Below the pieces are notes generated by a model. The model saw only the letters and a program-made list of their open reading frames with translations, did not search any database and was not told the origin of the DNA. From contig CAXXOA010000001.1 in assembly GCA_963666275.2 (NCBI GenBank), positions 2,432,001 to 2,496,000 of the forward strand: a stretch of 64,000 nt of DNA. The letters are read 5' to 3'. This document shows positions 34,156 through 42,505 of the stretch, piece by piece. This DNA is from Oceanispirochaeta sp. GTDB lineage: Bacteria > Spirochaetota > Spirochaetia > DSM-2461. A program made the translations under genes and the position numbers. How positions within the stretch are numbered: position 1 is the first letter of the stretch; every line of letters starts with the position of its first letter.

Positions 34156-35910
34156 TCAGGGCATTTCCTTCTTTTCAATTTTCTCCTGAATCATGGAAAC
34201 AGCATCAGCCAGGGCGACACCATTTTTCTGTTCACCTGTCCTCACTCTGATGCTGACGGCTTTTTCGTTCATCTCTTTTTCACCGACAACAAGCATGTAG
34301 GGGATCTTCTGATTCTGGGCATTCCGGATTTTGGCGTTCATCCTGTCGTCGGAATAGTCTCCTTCCACAAGGATATCAGCCATACGCAGAGATTTTTCCA
34401 CCTCTTTGGCATATTCATCGAATTTATTGCTCACAGGAATCACTTTCACCTGTACAGGCGAGAGCCATACAGGGAAAGCTCCACCGTAGTTTTCAATAAG
34501 AACACCGAAAAAGCGCTCAATAGATCCCAGCAGAGCCCTGTGGATCACATAGGGTTTCTTCTCCACCCCGTCCTTGTCCACAAAGGTCATATTGAATCTG
34601 TCGGGAAGGTTAAAGTCGAACTGTACAGTGGAGAGCTGCCACTCCCGTCCCATGGTATCTTTCACTTTCAGGTCGATTTTGGGACCGTAGAAAGCGCCGC
34701 CGCCCTCGTCAATTTTATATTCCAGCCCTTCCGCTTCAATCGCCTTCCGGAGGGACTCGGTTGCCGCATCCCAGCGGTCTTTCTCTCCCACGCTCTTTTC
34801 GGGCATGGTGGAAAGGTAGGCGGAAATGTTTTCAAAACCGAAGGATCTGAGCATAAACAGGGAGAATCTGAGAACTTCCAGAATTTCATCCTGCATCTGA
34901 TCGGGAGTACAGATAAGGTGGGCATCATCCTGGGTAAAACCTCTCACCCGGAGAAGTCCGTGAAGGGTTCCGGACCGTTCGTAGCGGTAAACGGTTCCCA
35001 GTTCGGCCCATCTGAAGGGAAGGTCCCTGTAGGAGTGTTTGCCGTTGTTATAGATCATAATATGGAAGGGGCAGTTCATAGGTTTGGTATAATAGTCTGC
35101 ATTATCCATCACCATATTAGGATACATACCCTCTTTGTAGAAATCCAGATGGCCTGAAGTTTCCCAGAGCCAGGATTTTCCCACATGGGGAGTAAAGACC
35201 ATATCGTAACCGTTTTTATAGTGCTGTTTTCTCCAGAAATCCTCTATGGTGACACGGATTCTGGCGCCTTTGGGATGCCAGTAAACCAGACCGGGACCGG
35301 CTTCTTCATGCAGGGAGAAGAGATCCAGCTCTTTCCCGACCCTTCTATGGTCCCTTTTTTCCATCTCTTCCAGATGTTCCAGATGGGCTTTCAGGGCTTT
35401 TCCGTCACCGAAAGCAGTGGCATAGATCCTCTGCAGCATGGGACGTTTTTCATCGCCCCTCCAGTAGGCGCCCGCAATAGAAAGGAGCTTGAAGCCCTGG
35501 GCATTGAGCCGGCTTGTATCTTCCACATGGGGTCCCCGGCAGAGGTCTACAAAAAGGTCTCCCATTTTAAAAATAGAGATTTCCTCATTCTCGGACAGCT
35601 CTTTGATAAGCTCAACCTTATAGGGCTGATCTTTAAACATCTCAAGAGCCTGGTCTCGGGTGAGGACCTCTTTTTCAAAGGGGACATTCTCTTTGATGAT
35701 CTCTTTCATTCCCTCTTCAATGGTTTCCAGGTCCTCATTGGTCAGCTTCCGGGGAAGATCAAAATCGTAATAAAAACCGTTTTCAATGGCCGGTCCAATG
35801 GCGAATTTGGCTTCAGGCATCAGTTTCAGGACTGCTCCGGCCATAACATGAGCCATGGAGTGTCTCATCCGGTTCAGTTTTTCCTGTTTTTTCTGTTCTT
35901 TACTGATCAT
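34156..35910 (-). CDS. thrS: Threonine--tRNA ligase (no TGS domain)
   Basis: RHSMAH, DLCRGPH, KPMNCP, RVRGFTQDDAH, AFYGPKID, HRALLGS. Confidence 0.98.
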   Translation of the reverse strand: MISKEQKKQEKLNRMRHSMAHVMAGAVLKLMPEAKFAIGPAIENGFYYDFDLPRKLTNEDLETIEEGMKEIIKENVPFEKEVLTRDQALEMFKDQPYKVELIKELSENEEISIFKMGDLFVDLCRGPHVEDTSRLNAQGFKLLSIAGAYWRGDEKRPMLQRIYATAFGDGKALKAHLEHLEEMEKRDHRRVGKELDLFSLHEEAGPGLVYWHPKGARIRVTIEDFWRKQHYKNGYDMVFTPHVGKSWLWETSGHLDFYKEGMYPNMVMDNADYYTKPMNCPFHIMIYNNGKHSYRDLPFRWAELGTVYRYERSGTLHGLLRVRGFTQDDAHLICTPDQMQDEILEVLRFSLFMLRSFGFENISAYLSTMPEKSVGEKDRWDAATESLRKAIEAEGLEYKIDEGGGAFYGPKIDLKVKDTMGREWQLSTVQFDFNLPDRFNMTFVDKDGVEKKPYVIHRALLGSIERFFGVLIENYGGAFPVWLSPVQVKVIPVSNKFDEYAKEVEKSLRMADILVEGDYSDDRMNAKIRNAQNQKIPYMLVVGEKEMNEKAVSIRVRTGEQKNGVALADAVSMIQEKIEKKEMP

Positions 35911-35935
35911 TATTGTACCTCCAGACAGGGACGGC

Positions 35936-36240
35936 ATAAAAAAACCCTTTTATTCGCCGTCCTGCTACTAAAAATTTCTTTCAGCATAAGGACGAAGAAC
36001 AAAAGGGTTCTCCGCGGTACCACCTTACTTCACCGCCGCCAGTTTATGGTGCAGGCAGTGCGCTCAGCTCTCCATTAACGCAGGATATCGTCTCCGTCTA
36101 CCGGGCTTTTTCCTTGAAAAACGCCTTTCGGGGAGCAGCTCGGGAGGGGTTTTCCCTGTTCTTACGCCGGCAGCCTTCCAGCCAGTGGACCGCCTCTCTG
36201 GTGACGCAGGGGACAGATACTCGTCTCCGTTATCGCTTTG
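35936..36240 (-). ncRNA. T-box riboswitch (Thr specifier ACC)
   Basis: AGTA, AGAGA and GCTGGAA stem-I motifs; GAAA-ACC specifier (36150-36148); AAGGTGGTACCGCG T-box (36026-36013); alternative terminator with U-tract. Confidence 0.92.
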
Positions 36241-36307
36241 TTAGTAAATATGATAAAACGATTGGGAAATGTCAACTGTCATACAGCCGACAATACCCAT
36301 TCCCAGG

Positions 36308-36934
36308 TCAGCCACTCAATAATTTTCCAGCTAACTCGGAAATCCGGTCTCGAACATGATGCCAGGTCCAGCCATTGAGATATTGCGGATCCGGTTCCTG
36401 TTCGGCATCATCAAACCAGTTCAGACTCCGTATGGCCAGGAATCTACCGGCATCGCCGTATTTTTGACAGAAATACTCCAGGCTTTTTTCCAGCGAGAGA
36501 CCCTGTTCATACAAAAGGAGGAGATCACTAAAATCTTTTTTTGAACCTCTATTTGTTACTGCATTTACCTTCATGGCAGCCATATCGGGAATAGAAACAC
36601 AGGGAAAACTGATCTTCTTTTCTGATTCTGCCAAAATTGGATAGGCATGAAATAGAATATCAATTTTGACCCCGTCTATAACAAAACAGAGAGAACCTGA
36701 AGTTCTGTTCAGAAGTTGAGCTTCAGTAAAAACCGTAGAAATTTCGTTCTGAATTATTAAAGAATCAAATGGCTGATGAGAGAATAGGTCTATATCTATT
36801 GATTTTCGGTGGCCGAATTGCAGTGCCAGCGATGTGCCGTCTCCGAGAGAGAAAGCGGAAAGGGATTCAATTTCTGATAATTCCTCAAGGAGATTCAGCA
36901 ATACCTGTGATACTGTTTTGGTGTATACTTTCAT
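36308..36934 (-). CDS. AbiEii/AbiGii-family nucleotidyltransferase (type IV TA toxin)
   Basis: GTSLALQFGHRKSIDIDLF, AAMK..A..NRGSKKDFSDL. Confidence 0.85.
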   Translation of the reverse strand: MKVYTKTVSQVLLNLLEELSEIESLSAFSLGDGTSLALQFGHRKSIDIDLFSHQPFDSLIIQNEISTVFTEAQLLNRTSGSLCFVIDGVKIDILFHAYPILAESEKKISFPCVSIPDMAAMKVNAVTNRGSKKDFSDLLLLYEQGLSLEKSLEYFCQKYGDAGRFLAIRSLNWFDDAEQEPDPQYLNGWTWHHVRDRISELAGKLLSG

Positions 36935-37167
36935 GAGTTACAGTATAGAGACAGAAAATTTGCAGCCTTTTTATCAAGTTTTAAAGCAGGCCTGATAGAA
37001 TTCAGCTGATTCTTTCCGTAATAGTCACGAATAAGCAGCCAGTCCTCCCAACGCCCCCTTTGCAAAACACGTTCAATTATCCATCGAGAATGGTCTTTCA
37101 TATTTATTTGTTCTCTATCAACATCCCAGAACAGGTCCGGCGATAGATGCAAAATAATCTCGTTCAT
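36931..37167 (-). CDS. DUF6922-like putative antitoxin
   Basis: LFWDVD...WIIERVLQRG..DW....YYG; ATGA-coupled to the toxin. Confidence 0.8.
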   Translation of the reverse strand: MNEIILHLSPDLFWDVDREQINMKDHSRWIIERVLQRGRWEDWLLIRDYYGKNQLNSIRPALKLDKKAANFLSLYCNS

Positions 37168-37254
37168 AAAATTAATTATATATTGGTGTCGCCGATATCA
37201 CAATAGACTAAAACCAGAGAAGCTGTGACGGGATTCAGACCTCATACCTAGACC

Positions 37255-37326
37255 TCAGTCCCTAAATGAACAAAGAATCAGAACTCCTGCGACAACAAGT
37301 ACTAACAGAACCGATTTTTGTTTCAT
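37255..37326 (-). pseudogene. Truncated third copy of the lipoprotein family (signal peptide only)
   Basis: MKQKSVLLVLVVAGVLILCSFRD*, homologous RBS and DNA (CTGTTAGTACTTG..TCGC.GGAGTT) to the two upstream copies. Confidence 0.6.
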
Positions 37327-37365
37327 ATTATTTTACATCCTTATATTTAATTTAATAAAATGGTT

Positions 37366-37881
37366 TCAATAATATGTGACTTCTATTGATTCAGTTGCGA
37401 ATCGGACCTTTGCCCAAATGTATGGATCTATATCTGATCCCATGACTTCCTCTATCTCATCTGATTTCCAGTAAAAGATCGTGCTTGTATCAATAGAAAT
37501 AGATGGTAAAATATTTGAATCGATAGGCGTAGAGACTGTTAACGAGACCTCCCCCCCTCCGTCAAAATACATATGTTCCTCAATAATCTGATACGACTGA
37601 TTTAAAGGCTTACCATCTACAAATATCAGATCTGATAACTTGACTGGTTGAGTCATATCAAAATCATAAAAATATTCATCAGAAGAATCTTTTTTTAAAT
37701 CAGTTGTATCAATATAATTTACATAAACAGATAAATCATATCCAACGGAAGTAACACTAGTAACATTCCACTCAATAATCTCCAATTCGTCCTCACTGGG
37801 ATAATCAAACTGTTGACAACTCAGAGTTAAAACTCCTGCGATAGCAAGTACTAACAGGTATCGGACCTTTTTACAGATCAT
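37366..37881 (-). CDS. Uncharacterised lipoprotein (intact paralogue)
   Basis: Lipobox VLTLSC; 171 aa; paralogous to the adjacent ORF. Confidence 0.85.
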   Translation of the reverse strand: MICKKVRYLLVLAIAGVLTLSCQQFDYPSEDELEIIEWNVTSVTSVGYDLSVYVNYIDTTDLKKDSSDEYFYDFDMTQPVKLSDLIFVDGKPLNQSYQIIEEHMYFDGGGEVSLTVSTPIDSNILPSISIDTSTIFYWKSDEIEEVMGSDIDPYIWAKVRFATESIEVTYY

Positions 37882-37901
37882 TTTTTATCCTTATTTTTTA
37901 T

Positions 37902-38421
37902 TTAATATGTGATTTCAAGTGATTCTGTTACAATTCGGACTTTTGCCCAGATATATGGATCTATATCGGGACTCCCAAATTCAGAGATTGCATATGATTT
38001 CCAATAGAAAATTGTATTTGTATCAAAATAAATAGATGTTACTGTAGCGGAATCCAAAGGAGTTGATGCATTGAGCGCCATCCACCCCCCCCCCGCTTGA
38101 TTGCATATATTCTTCATCAATCTGATAGGATTGGTTTAGAGGTTTGCCATCTACCAATACAAGATCCGACAACTTGACCGGTTGAGTCATTTCAAAATCA
38201 TAAAAATATTCATCTGATGCGTCTTTTTTAAGATCAGTCGTATTAGTATAATGAACAGTTACAACCAGACCGAGATGATCCGATGTCGTGTAAGCTTCAG
38301 TAACATTCCACTCAATAAGCTCCAATTCATCCTCACTGGGATAATCAAACTGTTGACAACTAAGAGTTAAAACTCCAGCGATAACAAGTACTAACAGGTA
38401 TCGGACCTTTCTGAATATCAT
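37902..38421 (-). pseudogene. Lipoprotein paralogue frameshifted at a G10 tract (phase-variable candidate)
   Basis: N-half (38023-38421) and C-half (37902-38120) each align to the intact paralogue; frame changes in C10 at 38085-38094. Confidence 0.85.
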
Positions 38422-38901
38422 AGTTTTCCCCTTTTCAATCTATTCTTAATTATATCCCATTAAAACAAAAACAGAATTTTCTGACACAATCTCCGGAAGT
38501 GATTTATTTTCAAAACCACGACAAAACGAGTAACCGCTATTGCTCAGGCCAAATGGTAAAGCAAGAATTCCAGATTGCTTTCAAACAATCACTTCGGCTT
38601 GCCATACAGAGAGACCTCTGACAGGATAATATAAATATCTAAACTAAAACAAATGTGACTTTTTTGAATGGAAGATTATTTTTAATTTTAAACATGATTG
38701 CAAGTTTAATTATTATTGTCAATAAAAATCCAGATAATGAAGGTATTTCAGAAATCTTCGTATCCTTTGGGGCCTTAATCATAAGAAATTCTTATTCTGT
38801 TACTTAAGTATTGACTGTTAGTAAGCAGTAGAAGAGATCAATCAAGTATCTGAGTGAACTCCCCTCCACCAAGATAAGTGTGTGAGCAGAATCATCCAAG
38901 T

Positions 38902-39159
38902 TTAGTAATGATCTTTACAGGATGCAATATAAATGCAGTTTTCATCCACTTTGTAGATAATGTGATGTTCGTCGTTTATGCGTCGACTCCAATATCCGCT
39001 CAAATTATATTTAAGAGCTTCAGGTTTACCGATACCATCTGCATATCCATCCCGTTCTATGCTTTTAATAAGGTTATTGATGCGTTTTATTTTCGTTTTA
39101 TCGTTATGCTGCCAATATAAGTAGTCGTTCCAGGCATCATCAGAGAAGAATTTATTCAC
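38902..39159 (-). CDS. yoeB: Txe/YoeB family toxin
   Basis: AWNDYLYWQ, GIGKPEALK, WSRRINDEH, CKDHY. Confidence 0.93.
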   Translation of the reverse strand: MNKFFSDDAWNDYLYWQHNDKTKIKRINNLIKSIERDGYADGIGKPEALKYNLSGYWSRRINDEHHIIYKVDENCIYIASCKDHY

Positions 39160-39406
39160 CCAGCAGTTCTCTATCAGTAGATTTCCCCTGCTCGATCAGA
39201 TCAATACCGGTTTTAATTTTACTGTAGATTTCGGGATTACTGAATATGCGGAAATTTTCCATCATGTTGTTATATTCTTCTTCAGACATGAGAACAACAT
39301 TTTCACCCCGTGTTCGAGTAATGATAACTGATTCCACATCGTTAATCACTTTATCGCAGACTTCTTTGAAGTGACTCCGTACCTGAGAACTTGAAATGGC
39401 TATCAT
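39152..39406 (-). CDS. yefM: Phd/YefM antitoxin
   Basis: R.HFKEVCDKV..D...IITR...NVVLMS.EEY; overlaps the toxin start. Confidence 0.92.
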   Translation of the reverse strand: MIAISSSQVRSHFKEVCDKVINDVESVIITRTRGENVVLMSEEEYNNMMENFRIFSNPEIYSKIKTGIDLIEQGKSTDRELLGE

Positions 39407-39430
39407 ATATATCACCTCCTGACACTTAAG

Positions 39431-39450
39431 ATTGTACAATATATCGTACT
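39431..39450. promoter_or_regulatory. YefM-YoeB operator
   Basis: Perfect palindrome ATTGTACAAT plus a second GTAC core 12 bp centre-to-centre. Confidence 0.7.
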
Positions 39451-39507
39451 AATAATAAAGATAATCTATTATCTACTACAACAATTTCTTACATTCTGCT
39501 TCAAAAC

Positions 39508-39750
39508 TTACTCAAAATCCCGGATTTCCAGGAGCTGAATTTTCAGACCCCGGATCTCCTTCTCTCAGAACGTGTCGGAACCCCAGTCGGGAAAGTTGTG
39601 GCAGAATTTGAATTCCTTTTTCTGACGGCCGCACCAGGCCTGGTAGTAAACCATCCTCATGGCTCGGAGAGGTTCAATCTGTCTCATACCATCGGGAGAG
39701 ATAAAACGAAGCGTCAGATAGCCATTAGGAAACAGACAGAACTCTTGGCG
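39508..39750 (-). pseudogene. Degenerate duplicate of the srkA 3' end
   Basis: Direct repeat of 40433-~40680; IEPLRAMRMVYY..WCGRQK..F..NFPDWGSD with a TGG>TGA stop. Confidence 0.85.
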
Positions 39751-39830
39751 ATACTGGTATCTGACAGAAATTGATAATTTATTGCCGTGATGATATAATA
39801 TTACGTACAATAAAGGATGGGAGCAGTAAA

Positions 39831-40004
39831 ATGGATTTTTCTATAAAAGTTGAAAAACTGCATCACGAAAGCGATAAGTCAGATTTTGTAGCAGATCCTC
39901 AGCAGGCTCTTGATACCGTTGAGATCCTACGCCTTCAAGCAGGAAAGTTTTTATATGAATACCCAACCAGATTTCGAAGAGTTATTGAGGTTATTAGAAA
40001 ATAA
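39831..40004 (+). CDS. Small protein upstream of and overlapping a nucleotidyltransferase (putative TA partner)
   Basis: 57 aa, RBS GGAG; overlaps the next gene by 50 nt. Confidence 0.6.
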   Translation: MDFSIKVEKLHHESDKSDFVADPQQALDTVEILRLQAGKFLYEYPTRFRRVIEVIRK

Positions 40005-40413
40005 TAAAGTAGCTTATATGATCGTCGGTGGGTATGCTGTAGCATTTTATGGATATCCCCGTTTTACAAAAGACATTGATATCTTTTTTCAATATGATCT
40101 GGATAATATCAAAAAGCTGAAAGATGCTTTATGCTCATTTGGTTTTAATCGTCAACAACTACCAGATTCTCTTTTTACAGAAAAAGGCAATATTATCAAA
40201 TTCGGAATTGAACCAATCAGAATTGATCTTCTGAATGAAATCGACGGTGTTCTATTTGATGATGTTAAAAATAGAACAAAACGAGGTAAATACGGTTCTG
40301 TAGAAGTTTCTTTTATTGGAAAAGATGATCTTATCAGGAATAAAAGAGCCTCTGCCCGATCACAGGATATTGCGGATATAGAGAAACTGGAACAGGATAA
40401 CTCAGTAAAATGA
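39955..40413 (+). CDS. Nucleotidyltransferase (DUF6036-like)
   Basis: YMIVGGYAVAFYGYPRFTKDIDIF; DLIRNK.AS.R.QD.AD. Confidence 0.8.
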   Translation: MNTQPDFEELLRLLENNKVAYMIVGGYAVAFYGYPRFTKDIDIFFQYDLDNIKKLKDALCSFGFNRQQLPDSLFTEKGNIIKFGIEPIRIDLLNEIDGVLFDDVKNRTKRGKYGSVEVSFIGKDDLIRNKRASARSQDIADIEKLEQDNSVK

Positions 40414-40432
40414 GAATGAGAGACTTCTCTTT

Positions 40433-41416
40433 TTACTCAGAATCCCGGATCTCCTGGAGCTGATTCTCCAGATCCCGGATCTCCTTCTCCCAGAACGCGT
40501 CGGAACCCCAGTCGGGAAAGTTGTGGCGGAATTTGAAGTCCTCTTTCTGACGGCCGCACCAGGCCAGGTAGTAGACCATCCGCATGGCCCGCAGCGGTTC
40601 AATAAGACGGATTGAAGAGGGAGACAGATGCCGGAACTCCTGATACCCGTCCAGGAGGAGAAAAAACTCTCTCCGGCACTCGGAAGCATGTCCCGGCATC
40701 AGAAGCCAGATATCCTGTACGGCCGGGCCCATGGCCATATCATCAAAATCGATAACCATCAGGCCCTCTTCCATGCGGTCGAGAATATTGCCGCAGTGAA
40801 AATCGCCGTGAATCCGCAGAAGCGGCTCCTCTGTAAACAGGGGGGTAATCAGATCCAAAATGGAAGTCGTGACGGATTCGAAGGCTCTCCTATAGGAGGG
40901 GGTGACCCAGTCCTTTTGAAGTATATCCCCCACATCCTTCAGAAAAGCTCCCTCAGGGGAAATAACAGGGCGGTGAAAAGCCTTCTCCTTAGCCCCTGCC
41001 GTATGAAGTCTGCCCAGCAGCTGGCCCAAACGGTACCACTGATCATCCTCTTCGCGGAACTCCCAGAGGCGTCCTCCCATTTTTGGAAAGAGAGCGAAGT
41101 AGATCCCCTCTTCTGTCCTCCCCAGGGTTTCATCGGATTTCAGAAATTCCGGCACAGCCACAGGGATATCCGCCTCGTAGCAGTCTTCCATAAAATCATG
41201 CTCTTCCATAAGTGCCCGGGCACTCCAGCGGCCGGGACGGTAGAATTTGACAACATAACGCTCTCCCTCATCGCTCTCCATTTCATACACCCTGTTAATA
41301 TAGCTGGGGAGAGGATTCGTGAATCCTGTAAATCTGAGATCTGTATGGGATTCCACGGCCTGAAGGATCCTGTCGGGAGTCAGGCTCTCGAAGTCGGGAG
41401 TGCTGTTTTCATTCAT
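40433..41416 (-). CDS. srkA: Stress-response Ser/Thr kinase SrkA (RdoA/YihE)
   Basis: SYINRVY, KFYRPGRWS, HGDFH.GN, DFDD..MGPAVQD, FPDWG. Confidence 0.92.
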   Translation of the reverse strand: MNENSTPDFESLTPDRILQAVESHTDLRFTGFTNPLPSYINRVYEMESDEGERYVVKFYRPGRWSARALMEEHDFMEDCYEADIPVAVPEFLKSDETLGRTEEGIYFALFPKMGGRLWEFREEDDQWYRLGQLLGRLHTAGAKEKAFHRPVISPEGAFLKDVGDILQKDWVTPSYRRAFESVTTSILDLITPLFTEEPLLRIHGDFHCGNILDRMEEGLMVIDFDDMAMGPAVQDIWLLMPGHASECRREFFLLLDGYQEFRHLSPSSIRLIEPLRAMRMVYYLAWCGRQKEDFKFRHNFPDWGSDAFWEKEIRDLENQLQEIRDSE

Positions 41417-41483
41417 GCTTCCCAGAATACCCGGACTGTCAGGAAAAATGAAGTCTTAGAGGAAAAAACCCGACAATGGTAGG

Positions 41484-42473
41484 ATGAAAAGAGAAATCAA
41501 ATGCGCCATTATCGGCCTGGGAAGGATAGCCTCCACTCTGGAGGATGATAAATACAGAGAAAAACCGGCCACCCACGCGGGCGCGGTCAACGCCAATGCC
41601 AGAACTGTGCTGGCAGGGGGCTTTGATATTGACCCGGAAGCACGGAAAACTTTTGCTCAGAGATGGAATCTGAACCCGGAAACAGACCTCTTCACCTCCT
41701 CAGAGGAACTGATAGAAACCAAAAAGCCGGATATTCTCCACATAGCCACCCACGAGGACTCCCATCTGACCTACCTTGCTCAGGCTGTAGCGTTATCCGT
41801 CCCGGTGGTGATTCTTGAAAAACCAGTGAGCAACAGTTTAAGAAAAGCTGTGAACGCCGGGAAAAATCCTGGCAGAACCCGGGTCCTGGTGAACCATGAA
41901 AGGCGCTATTCCAGGGACTATCAGATGGTGAAAGAGCACATCAGAAAGGAAACCTACGGATCACTCGAGTCTATAAGCGGAAGGCTCTATATGGGGATGA
42001 AAAGGCCTGTCAGGAGCATACTGCTTCACGACGGAACCCATATGATGGACATTATTTCCTTTCTGACAGGAGAGCCTCTGAAAAAACTGAAGATTCACAG
42101 GGTGGGAAAAGGAGATCAGACAGTCTACGCTTCCGCCCGATGCGGCAAAACAGCCGTTATGTGCGAGTTCGGCAACAGCCGGGATCATCTTATCTTTGAG
42201 CTGGAACTGTCCTTTTCGAAGGGAAGAATCAGGATCGGCAACGGGATATACGAAGAGTATGAGAGCCGGGAGTCCACTTTCTACGAAAAGATACGCTCCC
42301 TCTATCCGGCGGATTACAGCAGCCCGGGTAAAACAGGGTATTTTGAAAGGATGCTGGAAGATGCGGTGAAGGTTTTTGACAATCCCGAATTACGTCCCGT
42401 CTCATCCTATCAGGATGGTCTGGAGTCTTTAAAACTGATTGAGCAGATAAGAAAAAAATTACCCCGCTCTTAA
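41484..42473 (+). CDS. Gfo/Idh/MocA-family oxidoreductase
   Basis: IIGLGRIA, LEKPV, NHERRY, HDGTHMMD. Confidence 0.88.
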   Translation: MKREIKCAIIGLGRIASTLEDDKYREKPATHAGAVNANARTVLAGGFDIDPEARKTFAQRWNLNPETDLFTSSEELIETKKPDILHIATHEDSHLTYLAQAVALSVPVVILEKPVSNSLRKAVNAGKNPGRTRVLVNHERRYSRDYQMVKEHIRKETYGSLESISGRLYMGMKRPVRSILLHDGTHMMDIISFLTGEPLKKLKIHRVGKGDQTVYASARCGKTAVMCEFGNSRDHLIFELELSFSKGRIRIGNGIYEEYESRESTFYEKIRSLYPADYSSPGKTGYFERMLEDAVKVFDNPELRPVSSYQDGLESLKLIEQIRKKLPRS

Positions 42474-42505
42474 GCAGAAAATCCTGCCGGCAAACGGGGT
42501 ATTTA

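Noticed and set aside
37366..38421. Diversity-generating retroelement TR/VR pair
   Set aside because: Differences between the paralogues are not adenine-specific, include indels, and no reverse transcriptase is in the window
38520..38605. c-di-GMP-I riboswitch-like words (GGCAAG, GGCCTGAG...TAGCGGTTAC) on the minus strand
   Set aside because: GNRA/GCAAA core and P2/P3 pairing not reconstructable; a -10 box close to the ATG suggests this region is not the 5' UTR
36300..40430. Integron cassette array or CRISPR
   Set aside because: No recurring attC-like boundaries, no intI, and no regularly spaced repeats seen
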